NCBI GenBank assembly: GCA_949743955.1
Contig: CATJVQ010000036.1
Span: 8,433-72,432, forward strand
Direction: 5' to 3'
Origin: an uncultured Oscillospiraceae bacterium
GTDB lineage: Bacteria > Bacillota > Clostridia > Oscillospirales > Ruminococcaceae
Length of the DNA: 64,000 bases
The position numbers were made by a program, and so were the translations under genes. The notes under the pieces are model-generated. The model saw nothing but the letters and a program-made list of their open reading frames with translations. It searched no databases and was not told where the DNA came from. Positions 55,232 through 64,000 of the stretch are shown piece by piece (within the stretch, counting starts at the first letter, position 1; every line of letters starts with the position of its first letter).

Positions 55232-56452
55232 TCACTTTTCCAGCAGTTCTCCCAGCACGCCATCCACCAGAATCAGGGAGCGGGGGACATGAAACGGGCC
55301 CTTAAATGTAGACCCCTTCGCAGGCGGCATCGTGGGCACACCGTCCCGGCGCAGATAGCCATACCACTCGCCGTACTCCGAATCGGCGAAATGCGCCCTG
55401 CAGTAATCGACTGTCTTTTCAAACCAGTCCAGATACTTCTCGTCCCCGGTATCCCGGTAGAGCATGCACGACGCTGTCAGAATCTCGTTATGCGGCCACC
55501 ACAGCTTCATATCGTGTTCATAGGCCTCGATGGGCTTGCCCAGCGCGTCGATAAAATAAAACAGCCCGCCATACTCTCTGTCCCACCCGGCCTCAATGGC
55601 CCAGCCGAAGATCTGCGCCGCTCTGGAAACCAGATCCCTCTCTCCCACGCGCCGCGCATATTCCAGAAGGAACCACACCGCCTCGATATCGTGGCCGGGA
55701 TTGACTGTGCGCCCCTCCGAGTAGTAGAGGCGCGGCGTGCCGTCCACATCCACGTTTTCCAGCACGCACCGCAATTCCGGCTTCACATGGTACCGGAAGA
55801 TTTCATCCACACACTGCCTCGCCCGCTCCTCATAGAGCGCCTTTCTCTCCGGATCCACCCGCAGCAGCTCCTCGGTAACGTTCAGAATGATCATCGGGCC
55901 GCCGAAGGCGCGTCCAGCGCGCGTTTCGGCAATGGTTTTGGGCCCCAGCCCGGTCGGATCCGCCAGCCCATGGCCGAGATCCCAGTACAGATCATAGGCC
56001 CGGCGGGCCCGCAGAAGGCGCTCCTCCTCCCCGGTAACACTGTAATACGCCGCGTTGGCCAGCGCATAAAACGCCTCCGAAAAGCAGTACCGCCGCTGGC
56101 GGAGGGGTCTGCCGTCACCGGTGACGGTGAAATACATCCGGTCCCCGGCCTTCCGGTTGATGCAGTGGGCCTCCATGAAGTCCAGACAGCTTCCGGACGC
56201 CTCCAGCCATTCCGGTCGCACGCCGTATGTCCGGCAGAGATGCGCGAAAAGCCAGCTGCAGCGCCCCTGCATCCACACGCTCTTATCGGTGGAATAGATT
56301 TCTCCTTTTCTGTCTAGGCAGGTGTATACCCCGCCGTGTACTCTGTCCATACCGTATTTCAGCCAGAAATTGATACACCTCTCCAGCTCGTCCCGAATCC
56401 ATCGGTGGATCTGCTCCAGCCTGGACACCCTTTCCGGCCTATCGTTTTCCAT
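55232..56452 (-). CDS. N-acylglucosamine 2-epimerase (AGE family)
   Basis: D..HGG..TCLDR.G, K.VWMQGR, NPGHDIE..W, KLWWPH.E, KGPFHVPR; start placed at ATG 56452. Confidence 0.88.
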   Translation of the reverse strand: MENDRPERVSRLEQIHRWIRDELERCINFWLKYGMDRVHGGVYTCLDRKGEIYSTDKSVWMQGRCSWLFAHLCRTYGVRPEWLEASGSCLDFMEAHCINRKAGDRMYFTVTGDGRPLRQRRYCFSEAFYALANAAYYSVTGEEERLLRARRAYDLYWDLGHGLADPTGLGPKTIAETRAGRAFGGPMIILNVTEELLRVDPERKALYEERARQCVDEIFRYHVKPELRCVLENVDVDGTPRLYYSEGRTVNPGHDIEAVWFLLEYARRVGERDLVSRAAQIFGWAIEAGWDREYGGLFYFIDALGKPIEAYEHDMKLWWPHNEILTASCMLYRDTGDEKYLDWFEKTVDYCRAHFADSEYGEWYGYLRRDGVPTMPPAKGSTFKGPFHVPRSLILVDGVLGELLEK

Positions 56453-56540
56453 TCGGTCTCTCTCCTCATCCATATAGATATTATGCCTTTGTCTGTTTTC
56501 ATCATACCCCGGCAGCACAGGGCTGTCAACTCCGACATAA

Positions 56541-56583
56541 AAAGCAGGGGCGGGGACAGTTCCCGTCCCTCACCCCTGCCTTT
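56541..56583 (-). terminator. Terminator after nrdR
   Basis: GCAGGGG/CCCCTGC outer and GGGAC/GTCCC inner stems, with a T-run on the minus strand. Confidence 0.55.
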
Positions 56584-56626
56584 ATACACTGGAATCCGTT
56601 CTGCTGAAAATGTCAAACCCGCAGCC

Positions 56627-57103
56627 TCAGGACTGACTGCCGAAAGCATCTCTGGACTGGACGAGCCGATTGAGCTCCTCCAAAAACGTATTGATGTCTT
56701 TGAACTGACGGTACACCGAAGCAAACCGCACATAGGCAATTTCATCCACCGGCTTCAGCCTCTCGAGCACCATCTCACCGATCACCTGACTGTCCACTTC
56801 ATGTTCAAGCCTGTTTTGCAGTGCTATCTCAATATCTCCGACAATTTCCTCGAGCCTTGCCGTCGGAATCGGCCGCTTCTGACATGCGCGCAACAGTCCC
56901 GCCAGAATTTTTTCACGATTAAAGGACTCTCTGGAACGGTCCCGCTTAATCACCATCAGCGGTGTGGTCTCAATGATCTCATACGTGGTAAAACGCTTCT
57001 GACATTTCAGGCACTCTCGACGCCGGCGTATACGCTCTCCATCATCCGCCGGACGGGAATCCACCACCTTGCTTTCCTGATAGAAACAGTATGGACATTT
57101 CAT
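56627..57103 (-). CDS. nrdR: Transcriptional repressor NrdR
   Basis: [30 protein letters not shown]-cone, AYVRFASVY. Confidence 0.97.
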   Translation of the reverse strand: MKCPYCFYQESKVVDSRPADDGERIRRRRECLKCQKRFTTYEIIETTPLMVIKRDRSRESFNREKILAGLLRACQKRPIPTARLEEIVGDIEIALQNRLEHEVDSQVIGEMVLERLKPVDEIAYVRFASVYRQFKDINTFLEELNRLVQSRDAFGSQS

Positions 57104-57173
57104 TCTCATCCGACCTCCCGGTCTTCATTCTGTTCCTATCATACCATTTTATACCGCAATAAACAAGAGTGAA

Positions 57174-57437
57174 TCAGACGTCTATCCCCCAAAAATCCTC
57201 AAGAATTTCCCGGATATGCACCAGTGATACCTGCTCACGATCAAAGAGTGCCGCCAGCTCCTCTACAGTCCGGCGGCAGGTAGAAATGTCCGCGATACAT
57301 ACCTCATTTCCCATTTCATCTGTGGCCAGCATTCCATATGTAGTTATTAGACCCGCGTCCGGAATCTCTCGGTCCTGTACGATGATCCGATAATGGAACC
57401 TTAGTCCATTTCTTGCTTCAACTTCCGCGTTTTTCAT
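57174..57437 (-). CDS. Small hypothetical protein (DUF6514-like)
   Basis: TYG......I.DIS....V..L...F....VS..H...I.EDF pattern; SD AGGAGG. Confidence 0.6.
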   Translation of the reverse strand: MKNAEVEARNGLRFHYRIIVQDREIPDAGLITTYGMLATDEMGNEVCIADISTCRRTVEELAALFDREQVSLVHIREILEDFWGIDV

Positions 57438-57616
57438 TTTCTCTTCCTCCTTTTTTGCTGGCCTTTTGTTTTATCTGTCATACCAATGCCTGATATGAAT
57501 CGCGGCGCGGTATACTCCTATTATACATGATTTCCCAAACATGGAAACATGTTTTTTACAAGCAATGTGGTTTTACCGCGTGTATACTGGCAAAATTGTA
57601 CAAAAAGCCGCTCGAT

Positions 57617-57648
57617 TTCGACAAATTTAGATAACGCATTTTGTCGAA
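57617..57648. promoter_or_regulatory. Pair of Spo0A boxes in inverted orientation
   Basis: TTCGACA (57617-57623) and TGTCGAA (57642-57648) match TGNCGAA. Confidence 0.55.
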
Positions 57649-57675
57649 GAACATCGGAGAAATTTTGTTTGCAAA

Positions 57676-58461
57676 CTAAATTGACAATAATCTTGTCAAA
57701 TAAACATATGATTCATAGAGCTGAACAAGACCGGTATAGCTATCTTTGTATAATTCCAGAATCAGGTCTCCCGTATACCCTCCGGCACGCAGAGAGGCGA
57801 TGAATCCCGGCAGATCCGCTGCCCCCACGCCGGGCGGCAGGCAGTCGCGCTCGCTGTCGCAGTCGCTGATATGGATATGCCGTATCCCCTCCCCCATGGC
57901 CTCCTGCATCTCTCCGACAGAGAACCCCGCCCGGACAGCCTGCTTCACGTCCAGCACGAAAGCAGCCTCCTCGCCCAGCGCAGCGCGCATCGCCCGGATG
58001 TAGGCGGGGGAGCGGCTTTTGCAGCGCGCTACGTTTTCCTGCAGCAGCGTCACACCGAAGCTGCGCGCCTGGCGTGCGAGCAGTCCGAAGCGTTCAAAGA
58101 TACACGCGTCCTCGAGCTTAGCCTTTATCGCGGCCCCGTGCAGGACGAAATACCGCGCCCCCACCGACGCCGCCAGTTCAAAGAAGCGGCTGTACAGGTG
58201 CAGTCCGTCCTCTAGGCGGCGCAGATAGTCGGAGAAGAACAGCGCCGTCTCGAAGCCGGAGGTATAGGGGTGAATGGAGACAATGTCGATCCCGTTTTCC
58301 TTCGCAAACCGCCCGTATGCCTGAAAGCAGCGCGGGGAAAACTCCTGATCGGCGTTTACAAAAATCTCCGTACACACCGCCCCCGCCGCCGCGGTCAGCT
58401 CCAGCGACCGTTCCGTCGTCTCGGGATAAAAACAGGCTGTGGATATGCCCGCACGTATCAT
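57676..58461 (-). CDS. Sugar phosphate isomerase/epimerase (AP endonuclease 2 TIM barrel)
   Basis: SIHP, VLHG, QENV, LDVKQ, HIHISD, G..PG.G, ILE. Confidence 0.82.
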   Translation of the reverse strand: MIRAGISTACFYPETTERSLELTAAAGAVCTEIFVNADQEFSPRCFQAYGRFAKENGIDIVSIHPYTSGFETALFFSDYLRRLEDGLHLYSRFFELAASVGARYFVLHGAAIKAKLEDACIFERFGLLARQARSFGVTLLQENVARCKSRSPAYIRAMRAALGEEAAFVLDVKQAVRAGFSVGEMQEAMGEGIRHIHISDCDSERDCLPPGVGAADLPGFIASLRAGGYTGDLILELYKDSYTGLVQLYESYVYLTRLLSI

Positions 58462-58535
58462 CTCAGTCCCCGCCTTTCATTTTACAGCTTACCGCCGTTT
58501 GGGGGAATCGCTGCCGGATCTCCCCCTCCTTTTCT

Positions 58536-58564
58536 ATCATATGACAGGATGAAAAAACTTGCAA
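58536..58564 (-). promoter_or_regulatory. Sigma-A-type promoter for the isomerase
   Basis: TTGCAA-17 bp-TATGAT on the minus strand. Confidence 0.55.
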
Positions 58565-58594
58565 GGAAAAATACGGTGCGATACGGCCTGGTTC

Positions 58595-58623
58595 TTGCAA
58601 AAACGGCCATCTTTCGATATAAT
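58595..58623 (+). promoter_or_regulatory. Sigma-A-type promoter for sortase 1 (and 2)
   Basis: TTGCAA-17 bp-TATAAT. Confidence 0.7.
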
Positions 58624-58694
58624 ATTTCTGTTGCCGCTTATAAGGAGCCGCAATTCCAAGTGCAAAAACCATGAAAGGGAGTGTGTATCGCAAC

Positions 58695-59609
58695 ATGCTC
58701 AGTCGAAATAAATCGCTGCCCCTGCTCCTGACAGCCGTAATCCTCCTCTCCCTGCCGGCGGGCTGCAAACGGGAGGATGCTCCGCCCCCCGAAGAGCCCG
58801 TCACCGTCACCCGCCTCAAGCCCTCAAACTGGAAGAATCCGCTCGAGCCGCCGGATCTGGTGACCCCCTATCAGGTGGAGGTCCCGCAGGAAAACCGCGA
58901 GAAGATGGAGGAGCTCAAAGCCTCCGCGGGCGACGTGGTCGCCTATCTGGAGGTGCCCGGCACGTCGATTAACGACGTCATTGTGCAGTACTCCGGAGAC
59001 GATCTGGCCTATGTCCGCGCGAACGGCCAGTATTACTACGAACGCAAGGATATTTACGGCAATTATAAGTGGGAAGGCTGCTTCTTCATGGATTTTGAGG
59101 ACCGCATCGGTTCGGGCAGCGCCGCGGAGATGCCGCAGAACACCATTCTTTACGGCCACCACCTGGGGAATCCACAGGGGGTAACGAACGATCCGAACGG
59201 CGCCATGTTCGCCCCGCTCCTTTTCTTCCGGGAGGAGGAGTTCGCTACAAAGACACCGTATATTTATCTGACGACGGAGAGCGAGGATCTGATCTATCAG
59301 GTGTTCGCTGCCGGAGACATGCAGACCGTGACACGGCCGGTGGAATACAACCTCGCGCAGTATACGGCAGAGCAGTTTACCCAGCTCATTGAGGACATGC
59401 GCCGCCGCTCCTACTTCCTCTATCCGGATGTTGAGGTCTCCCCGGGGGACAAGCTCCTGACCCTCTCCACCTGCATCTACGATTACGGTACGTACCGCCA
59501 GAACCACAGTCAGCGCTTTGTCGTGTTCGCCAAGCTCGTCACGGACGGCCGCTTCGAGGAGACCGCCAATGTCGAAGCGAACCCGGACCGGCTCATCCCG
59601 ACATGGTGA
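58695..59609 (+). CDS. Class B sortase-like protein 1, lipoprotein-type signal
   Basis: Signal ending PAGC; NTILYGHH, LTLSTC, QRFVVFAKL. Confidence 0.85.
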   Translation: MLSRNKSLPLLLTAVILLSLPAGCKREDAPPPEEPVTVTRLKPSNWKNPLEPPDLVTPYQVEVPQENREKMEELKASAGDVVAYLEVPGTSINDVIVQYSGDDLAYVRANGQYYYERKDIYGNYKWEGCFFMDFEDRIGSGSAAEMPQNTILYGHHLGNPQGVTNDPNGAMFAPLLFFREEEFATKTPYIYLTTESEDLIYQVFAAGDMQTVTRPVEYNLAQYTAEQFTQLIEDMRRRSYFLYPDVEVSPGDKLLTLSTCIYDYGTYRQNHSQRFVVFAKLVTDGRFEETANVEANPDRLIPTW

Positions 59610-59644
59610 TAAAGTGTAAATGACTTTTGAAGGGAGAAAACAAC

Positions 59645-60602
59645 ATGCTGACAAAAAAAGATAAAGGGTATTCTGGCGGTTTCTCTCGCGCTTCTCGTTT
59701 CCGGCTGTCAGTCGGGAGCGCCTGCTGATGAAAGATCTTCCAGTGAACCTCCATCCTCAGAAAGCGAGGAGGTTTCTTCTGCTTCCTCCGAAGAAGAGGA
59801 AGCAGGTCCCTATCAGGTGCAGATTCCTCCGGAAAACCGAACTACGTATGAGCAGATGAAAGCGGAGGTTCTGCAGAAACAGGTCGATCCCGATGAAGGC
59901 GTCGTCGCTTTTCTCGAGATTCCCGGCACCACTATCAAGGATGTTGTTGTTCATTATGATATGGAGAAATATATCGCATATTATCAGGCAAATGGGGAAG
60001 GTTACTCCGATCGTAAAGATATTTATGGGAATTACAGATTTGAGGGATGCATTCGCATGGACTACGAAAATAATCTTGGTTCAGGTTCCATAAGCGATCT
60101 TCCTCAAAATGTAATTATTTATGGAAATCATTTAGGAAATCCACAGGGTGTGTCTAACGATCCAGATGGTATCATGTCCGCTCCATTACTCCATTTTCGA
60201 GACGAGGAGTTTGCCGCCAAAACACCATATATTTATCTGACCACTGATAAAGCCGACCTAATTTATCAGATATTTTCCATAGCGGATCTTCCTTTAATTA
60301 CCAGTCCCATAGAATTTAATTGGGTCAGTTATTCCGATGAAGACTTTCTTACCTTGATTGCTGATCTTCGCGAGCGTTCTTATTTTGACTATCCTGAAGT
60401 CAGCGTTGGAACAGGCGACAAAATTCTTTCTCTTGTAACTTCAGTTTATGATTATGGTAGCCACAATGAAAATAGCGAACAGCGTTTTACAATTTTTTCT
60501 AAATTGGTAACAGACAATCAATTTAAAGAAACCGCTAACGTCACTGTAAATGTCGATCGCAAACTACCACCATATGATCCCAACGCAAACAATGCCGAAT
60601 AA
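59645..60602 (+). pseudogene. Class B sortase-like protein 2: +1 frameshift in an A7 run, catalytic motifs altered
   Basis: Removing one A at 59653-59659 gives MLTKKIKGILAVSLALLVSGC.. in frame with ORF 59817-60602; YGNH replaces YGHH and LVTSV replaces LSTC. Confidence 0.75.
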
Positions 60603-60631
60603 CTATTATCAAACATTTCACAATAAAAGCA

Positions 60632-60660
60632 TTGACTTTTTCGCGGGTACGTTTTATGAT
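60632..60660 (+). promoter_or_regulatory. Sigma-A-type promoter for sortase 3
   Basis: TTGACT-17 bp-TATGAT. Confidence 0.6.
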
Positions 60661-60792
60661 AATATGAGGTTTATGGTCGGTTTGTGATACCGGGAAAATG
60701 ATACAGGCAATCTGTGTCGACATACTTTCCCGTTTGGGGCGGCGGATCGCCATACCGGCGGGGAAAACTGAATGCAAAGGAGATTGAAAGCA

Positions 60793-61767
60793 ATGAACTT
60801 GAAAACCAAGCGGATCCTTGCTCTCGCACTGGCGGCGATGCTGACTCTGTCCGCCGCTACCGGATGCAAAAAGGGCGGGGACAAAAATTCCTCCAGCGAG
60901 GATCCCTCGAGCGACGTTTCACAGAGCAGCAGCGACTCCTCCTCCGAGGACGAGAAGGACCGCGTTTCCGAATATCAGGTGGAGGTCCCGAAGGAGGACC
61001 GCGAGGAATTTGACAGGCTTGTGAAGGACGTCGAGGAGAAACGCCTCGATCCGGACGGCAAGGTCATCGCCTATCTGAACGTCCCGGGCACTGATATCCG
61101 TGATGCTGTCGTGCAGTATAACGCGGAAAAGGATCTCGCCCATTTCCAGACCAACGGCGAAGCGTACTTCGAGAGAAAGGACATTTACGGCAATTACAGC
61201 TTTGAGGGCTGCTTCTTCATGGACTATGAGGATAAGGTCGGCAGCGGCAGCGCGGACGACATGCCCAAGAACACCATCATTTACGGCCACCATCTGGGAA
61301 ATCCGCAGGGCGTCACCAATGATCCGGACGGTATCAAGTTCGGCCAGCTCCTGCGCTTCCGTGAGAAGGATTTCGCAGAGGCGAACCCCTACATCTATCT
61401 GACAACGGAAAAGGGCGATCTCGTCTATCAGGTTTTCGCCGTATCGGATGCGCCGACCGTCACGAGCCCGATCGAATATAACCTTGTCGATTACTCCGAT
61501 GAGGACTTTATCAAGCTCACGAAGGATCTGCGCCGCCGCTCCTACTACAATTATCCCGACGTGACCGTCGAAGCGGATGACAAAATTATGATCCTCTCCA
61601 CCTGTGTCTATGACTATGGCACCTATGCGGAGAACAACAAGCAGCGTTTCCTCGTGGTGGCCAAGCTTGTCACGGGCAAGTACTTCGAGGAGACTGCCAA
61701 CGTTACCGAGAACACCAACCGCAAGCTCTCCCCCTACGATCCCAACTCCTCCAGCGAGGCCGCATAA
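60793..61767 (+). CDS. Class B sortase-like protein 3, lipoprotein-type signal
   Basis: Signal ending ATGC, Ser-rich linker; NTIIYGHH, MILSTC, QRFLVVAKL; ATG after AAAGGAG. Confidence 0.87.
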   Translation: MNLKTKRILALALAAMLTLSAATGCKKGGDKNSSSEDPSSDVSQSSSDSSSEDEKDRVSEYQVEVPKEDREEFDRLVKDVEEKRLDPDGKVIAYLNVPGTDIRDAVVQYNAEKDLAHFQTNGEAYFERKDIYGNYSFEGCFFMDYEDKVGSGSADDMPKNTIIYGHHLGNPQGVTNDPDGIKFGQLLRFREKDFAEANPYIYLTTEKGDLVYQVFAVSDAPTVTSPIEYNLVDYSDEDFIKLTKDLRRRSYYNYPDVTVEADDKIMILSTCVYDYGTYAENNKQRFLVVAKLVTGKYFEETANVTENTNRKLSPYDPNSSSEAA

Positions 61768-61825
61768 GGCGGGATTTTCTGCCCGGTGAATCCGCCGGGA
61801 ACTGCAACAGAATAAACAGAGCCGG

Positions 61826-61858
61826 GGCGGCATGACTTCTGTCATGCCGCCTCTTTTT
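61826..61858. terminator. Terminator between sortase 3 and the convergent DUF4363 gene
   Basis: 11-bp stem GGCGGCATGAC/GTCATGCCGCC followed by TCTTTTT. Confidence 0.8.
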
Positions 61859-61862
61859 CTGC

Positions 61863-62234
61863 CTATCCGAGGAACGCCTCCGCCCCCTGAATCTTCCGGA
61901 GATTCGATTTGATGTGCGCCACCGCGGCGAGCAGGTGACTGTAGCTGTCGTCGCGGGCGAGGTAGCGCAGTTCAGCGGTCAGGGAACCGATCTCGTCGAG
62001 ACGCGGGTGCCGCACGACACGCAGCAGCAGCGGCTCCTTTTCCTCCCACATCCGGATGTACCCGGCGCACATCTCCTCGAGTGTACCGCTGTCCGCCTCC
62101 GTGAGCGCGGCCTCCTCAATCGCGTCGAGCTGCAGCATCATCTCCCTACTCATGTCCGAAAAGAGACTGAAGGACCAAATGCAGACGCCAAGTATGGCCG
62201 CCAAGAGGCCCAGACAGATATAAAACCGCTTCAC
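61863..62234 (-). CDS. DUF4363-family protein
   Basis: N-terminal TM, W......L....H..LDEI; GTG start overlaps the DUF421 stop (GTGA). Confidence 0.72.
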   Translation of the reverse strand: MKRFYICLGLLAAILGVCIWSFSLFSDMSREMMLQLDAIEEAALTEADSGTLEEMCAGYIRMWEEKEPLLLRVVRHPRLDEIGSLTAELRYLARDDSYSHLLAAVAHIKSNLRKIQGAEAFLG

Positions 62235-62917
62235 GACGCCCTTCTCTCCTTCTCTACAATGTGATAGTTTGCCTGACGGTTGCAGGTCATGAGATACACA
62301 TCGGACACCTCGAGCTTCTTCTCCCGGAGAATCTTCCGGAGCCATTCCGGGCGCAGGTTGCAGTATTCGAGCGACTGCGGGATGAGCGTCCCGTCGGAAA
62401 TCATGACGACCGGCGGCGCCGTCTCCTCCCCCTCGCTCGGAAGCGAAAGCATCTTCGCTGTCACGCCGCGTGCCTCGAAGCGGGGATAGATCGAGAGCTG
62501 GCCCGTCGTCTCAACGATGGCGAACGCCACGTCGGCTATGTCGAACACCTGGTTCTGGCGAAGCTGCGCCATCAGATCGTCGATGGAGAAACGCAGCTCG
62601 CGCATCTCCTGCTGGTCGATGACACCGTCCCGAATGAGGATCTTCGGGCTGCCGGAGATGAGCTTGCGCGCACGCCGCGATTTCATCGACACTGTTGCCA
62701 TCACAACCTCGCAGCAGACCAGTGTCAGGATGGGGAGCACTCCCGTTAATAGCGGGATGTCCACATCCTCAATGGGCAGGGTGGCGATGTTGGAAATCAG
62801 AATCGTGATGACGAATTCTGTCGGCTGTAATTCGCCTAGCTGACGCTTCCCCATCAGGCGCAGGCTCAGCACGATGAGCGCATATAAAATGATGGTTTTA
62901 AAAAATACGGTAAACAA
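62231..62917 (-). CDS. DUF421 (YetF/YcaP-like) membrane protein
   Basis: LRLMGKRQLGELQPTEFV, G.P.ILI.DG, LRQ..VF.I.DV..AIVET.GQLS; TTG start after AAAGGAGG. Confidence 0.9.
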   Translation of the reverse strand: MFTVFFKTIILYALIVLSLRLMGKRQLGELQPTEFVITILISNIATLPIEDVDIPLLTGVLPILTLVCCEVVMATVSMKSRRARKLISGSPKILIRDGVIDQQEMRELRFSIDDLMAQLRQNQVFDIADVAFAIVETTGQLSIYPRFEARGVTAKMLSLPSEGEETAPPVVMISDGTLIPQSLEYCNLRPEWLRKILREKKLEVSDVYLMTCNRQANYHIVEKERRAS

Positions 62918-62952
62918 TCGCGCCGCCTCCTTTGCTCGTATCGTTTCCCTGC

Positions 62953-63002
62953 TAGTATTCATCCGCAGGCCATAAATATACTCGCCGTTTTGGGTCATAC
63001 TA
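62953..63002. promoter_or_regulatory. Back-to-back forespore (sigma-F/G-like) promoters
   Basis: Minus strand GTATA-17 bp-AATACTA; plus strand ATATA-15 bp-CATACTA within GGTCATACTA. Confidence 0.5.
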
Positions 63003-63069
63003 GTGGTACAAATTCTGTGATCCATGCAAAAAGATTCGGTTTGGAAGCAACCGGCGGGGAGGCATCAGT

Positions 63070-64000
63070 TTGTTCAGGAAATGGAACGCTTTCATCCACG
63101 GCGAGGAACGCCGCGACTACATGCACCCGAAGCCTGTCCGGGGTGTGGACGAGCACCTGAGCGGGGATCTGAGCGCGGATATGATTCAGATCCGGCGCAT
63201 GTTCGACAATTCCTCCGACCTCGTGGACAGGAGCATCATGGCCGCGGGGACACCCATCCGGGTGCTCATCTGCGAGGGGATGGTAAATCTGGGGACCTAT
63301 GCGGAGATCCTCGCCGAACCGCTGATGAACCTGCCCCCCACCCTTCAGGATAAGGACGCCCTCCTCGACTACATCCGCCGCGACTCGCTCCTCGGCGCGG
63401 ACCAGAAGGAGTTCCATACCTTCGGCGATCTCTTCACGTTTTTAATGTCCGGCTTTGCCGTGATCTTAATCGAGGGGCTCCCGCTCGGCATCGCCTGCGG
63501 GATGCAGGGCTTCTCGTTCCGCTCGATCTCCGAGCCCTCAAGCGAGGTGAATGTCCGCGGCTCGCGCGAGGGCTTTGTCGAGCCGCTGCGCATCAACCTG
63601 ACAATGATCCGCCGGCGGATCAAATCCCCGGCGCTTAAATTTGAATTGATGCAGTCCGGCGTGCGTTCAAAGACAGAGGTTGCGCTTGTCTATATGACTG
63701 ACAGTGTCTCGGGCGAGCTGCTCGACACCGTGCGTGCGCGCTTAAAGAGCGCCGAGCTGGACGTGGTGCTCGATTCGGGATATTTGCAGCCGTTTCTGGA
63801 AGAGAAGCCGCTCTCGCTCTTTTCCGGTGTCGGGACAACCGAACGGCCGGACACGCTGTGCGCAAAGATCTGTGAGGGGCGCATCGCCGTGCTGGTGGAC
63901 GGTTCACCGTTCGCGATGATTGTCCCCTACCTCTTTAACGAAAACTTTCAGTCCGTCGACGACTACACCCACCAGCCCTACTACGCCGCCTTCATCCGCC
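63070..64000 (+). CDS. Spore germination receptor A subunit (GerA/GerKA family), partial, runs off the window
   Basis: Absent from the ORF track; frame from TTG 63070 (SD GGGAGG) reads ..RSISEPSSE..VRGSREGFVE.LR.N...IRRR..TERPD...I.EGRIA.LVDGSP. Confidence 0.92.
   Translation, partial: MFRKWNAFIHGEERRDYMHPKPVRGVDEHLSGDLSADMIQIRRMFDNSSDLVDRSIMAAGTPIRVLICEGMVNLGTYAEILAEPLMNLPPTLQDKDALLDYIRRDSLLGADQKEFHTFGDLFTFLMSGFAVILIEGLPLGIACGMQGFSFRSISEPSSEVNVRGSREGFVEPLRINLTMIRRRIKSPALKFELMQSGVRSKTEVALVYMTDSVSGELLDTVRARLKSAELDVVLDSGYLQPFLEEKPLSLFSGVGTTERPDTLCAKICEGRIAVLVDGSPFAMIVPYLFNENFQSVDDYTHQPYYAAFIR

Noticed and set aside
55133-56317. 394-aa plus-strand ORF
   Set aside because: Antisense to the AGE epimerase.
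63024-63353. 109-aa ORF at the gerA position
   Set aside because: Wrong frame; the GerA motifs are in the frame starting at TTG 63070.
1-64000. rRNA, tRNA, CRISPR arrays, known riboswitches or T-boxes
   Set aside because: None recognised; intergenic spaces are short and lack the signature sequences. A covariance-model scan would be needed to exclude them fully.

Overview
GC-rich chromosomal window from a spore-forming Firmicute, probably a Clostridia/Oscillospiraceae-type organism (inferred from gene content: gerA, DUF421/DUF4363, ecfA1A2T-truA, ClpE-like ATPase, and sigma-A, sporulation-sigma and Spo0A-type motifs). The left ~24 kb is mostly housekeeping (coaX, a Clp ATPase, truA-ecf-glmM-ruvCAB) with small accessory genes, including a MerR/GyrI regulator, a GmrSD-type restriction gene and an ABC-2 exporter with a leader terminator. 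About 24.6-47 kb is a surface-polysaccharide island that is visibly AT-richer in parts. It holds a pyruvyltransferase/GT2 module with a two-gene cassette on the opposite strand, a short tyrosine recombinase, and a Gram-positive pelDEAFG-like operon extended by a GacI/J/L-like glycosylation module. The strongest unexplained signal is the 337-bp interval between the recombinase and pelD. It is bounded by 22-bp inverted repeats (21/22 identical), contains a third 16-bp copy of the site, and has two homologous outward-facing sigma-A-type promoters separated by a 19-bp hairpin. This is a candidate multi-state DNA-inversion switch for Pel-type polysaccharide. The right part holds a GH51/ABC/two-component/AGE-epimerase sugar locus, nrdR, three tandem lipoprotein-type class B sortase paralogues (the middle one frameshifted and lacking the catalytic Cys) and forespore genes. 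No rRNA, tRNA or CRISPR array was seen. Family names come from motif recognition, not database searches. Several disruptions fall in homopolymers and may be assembly errors.
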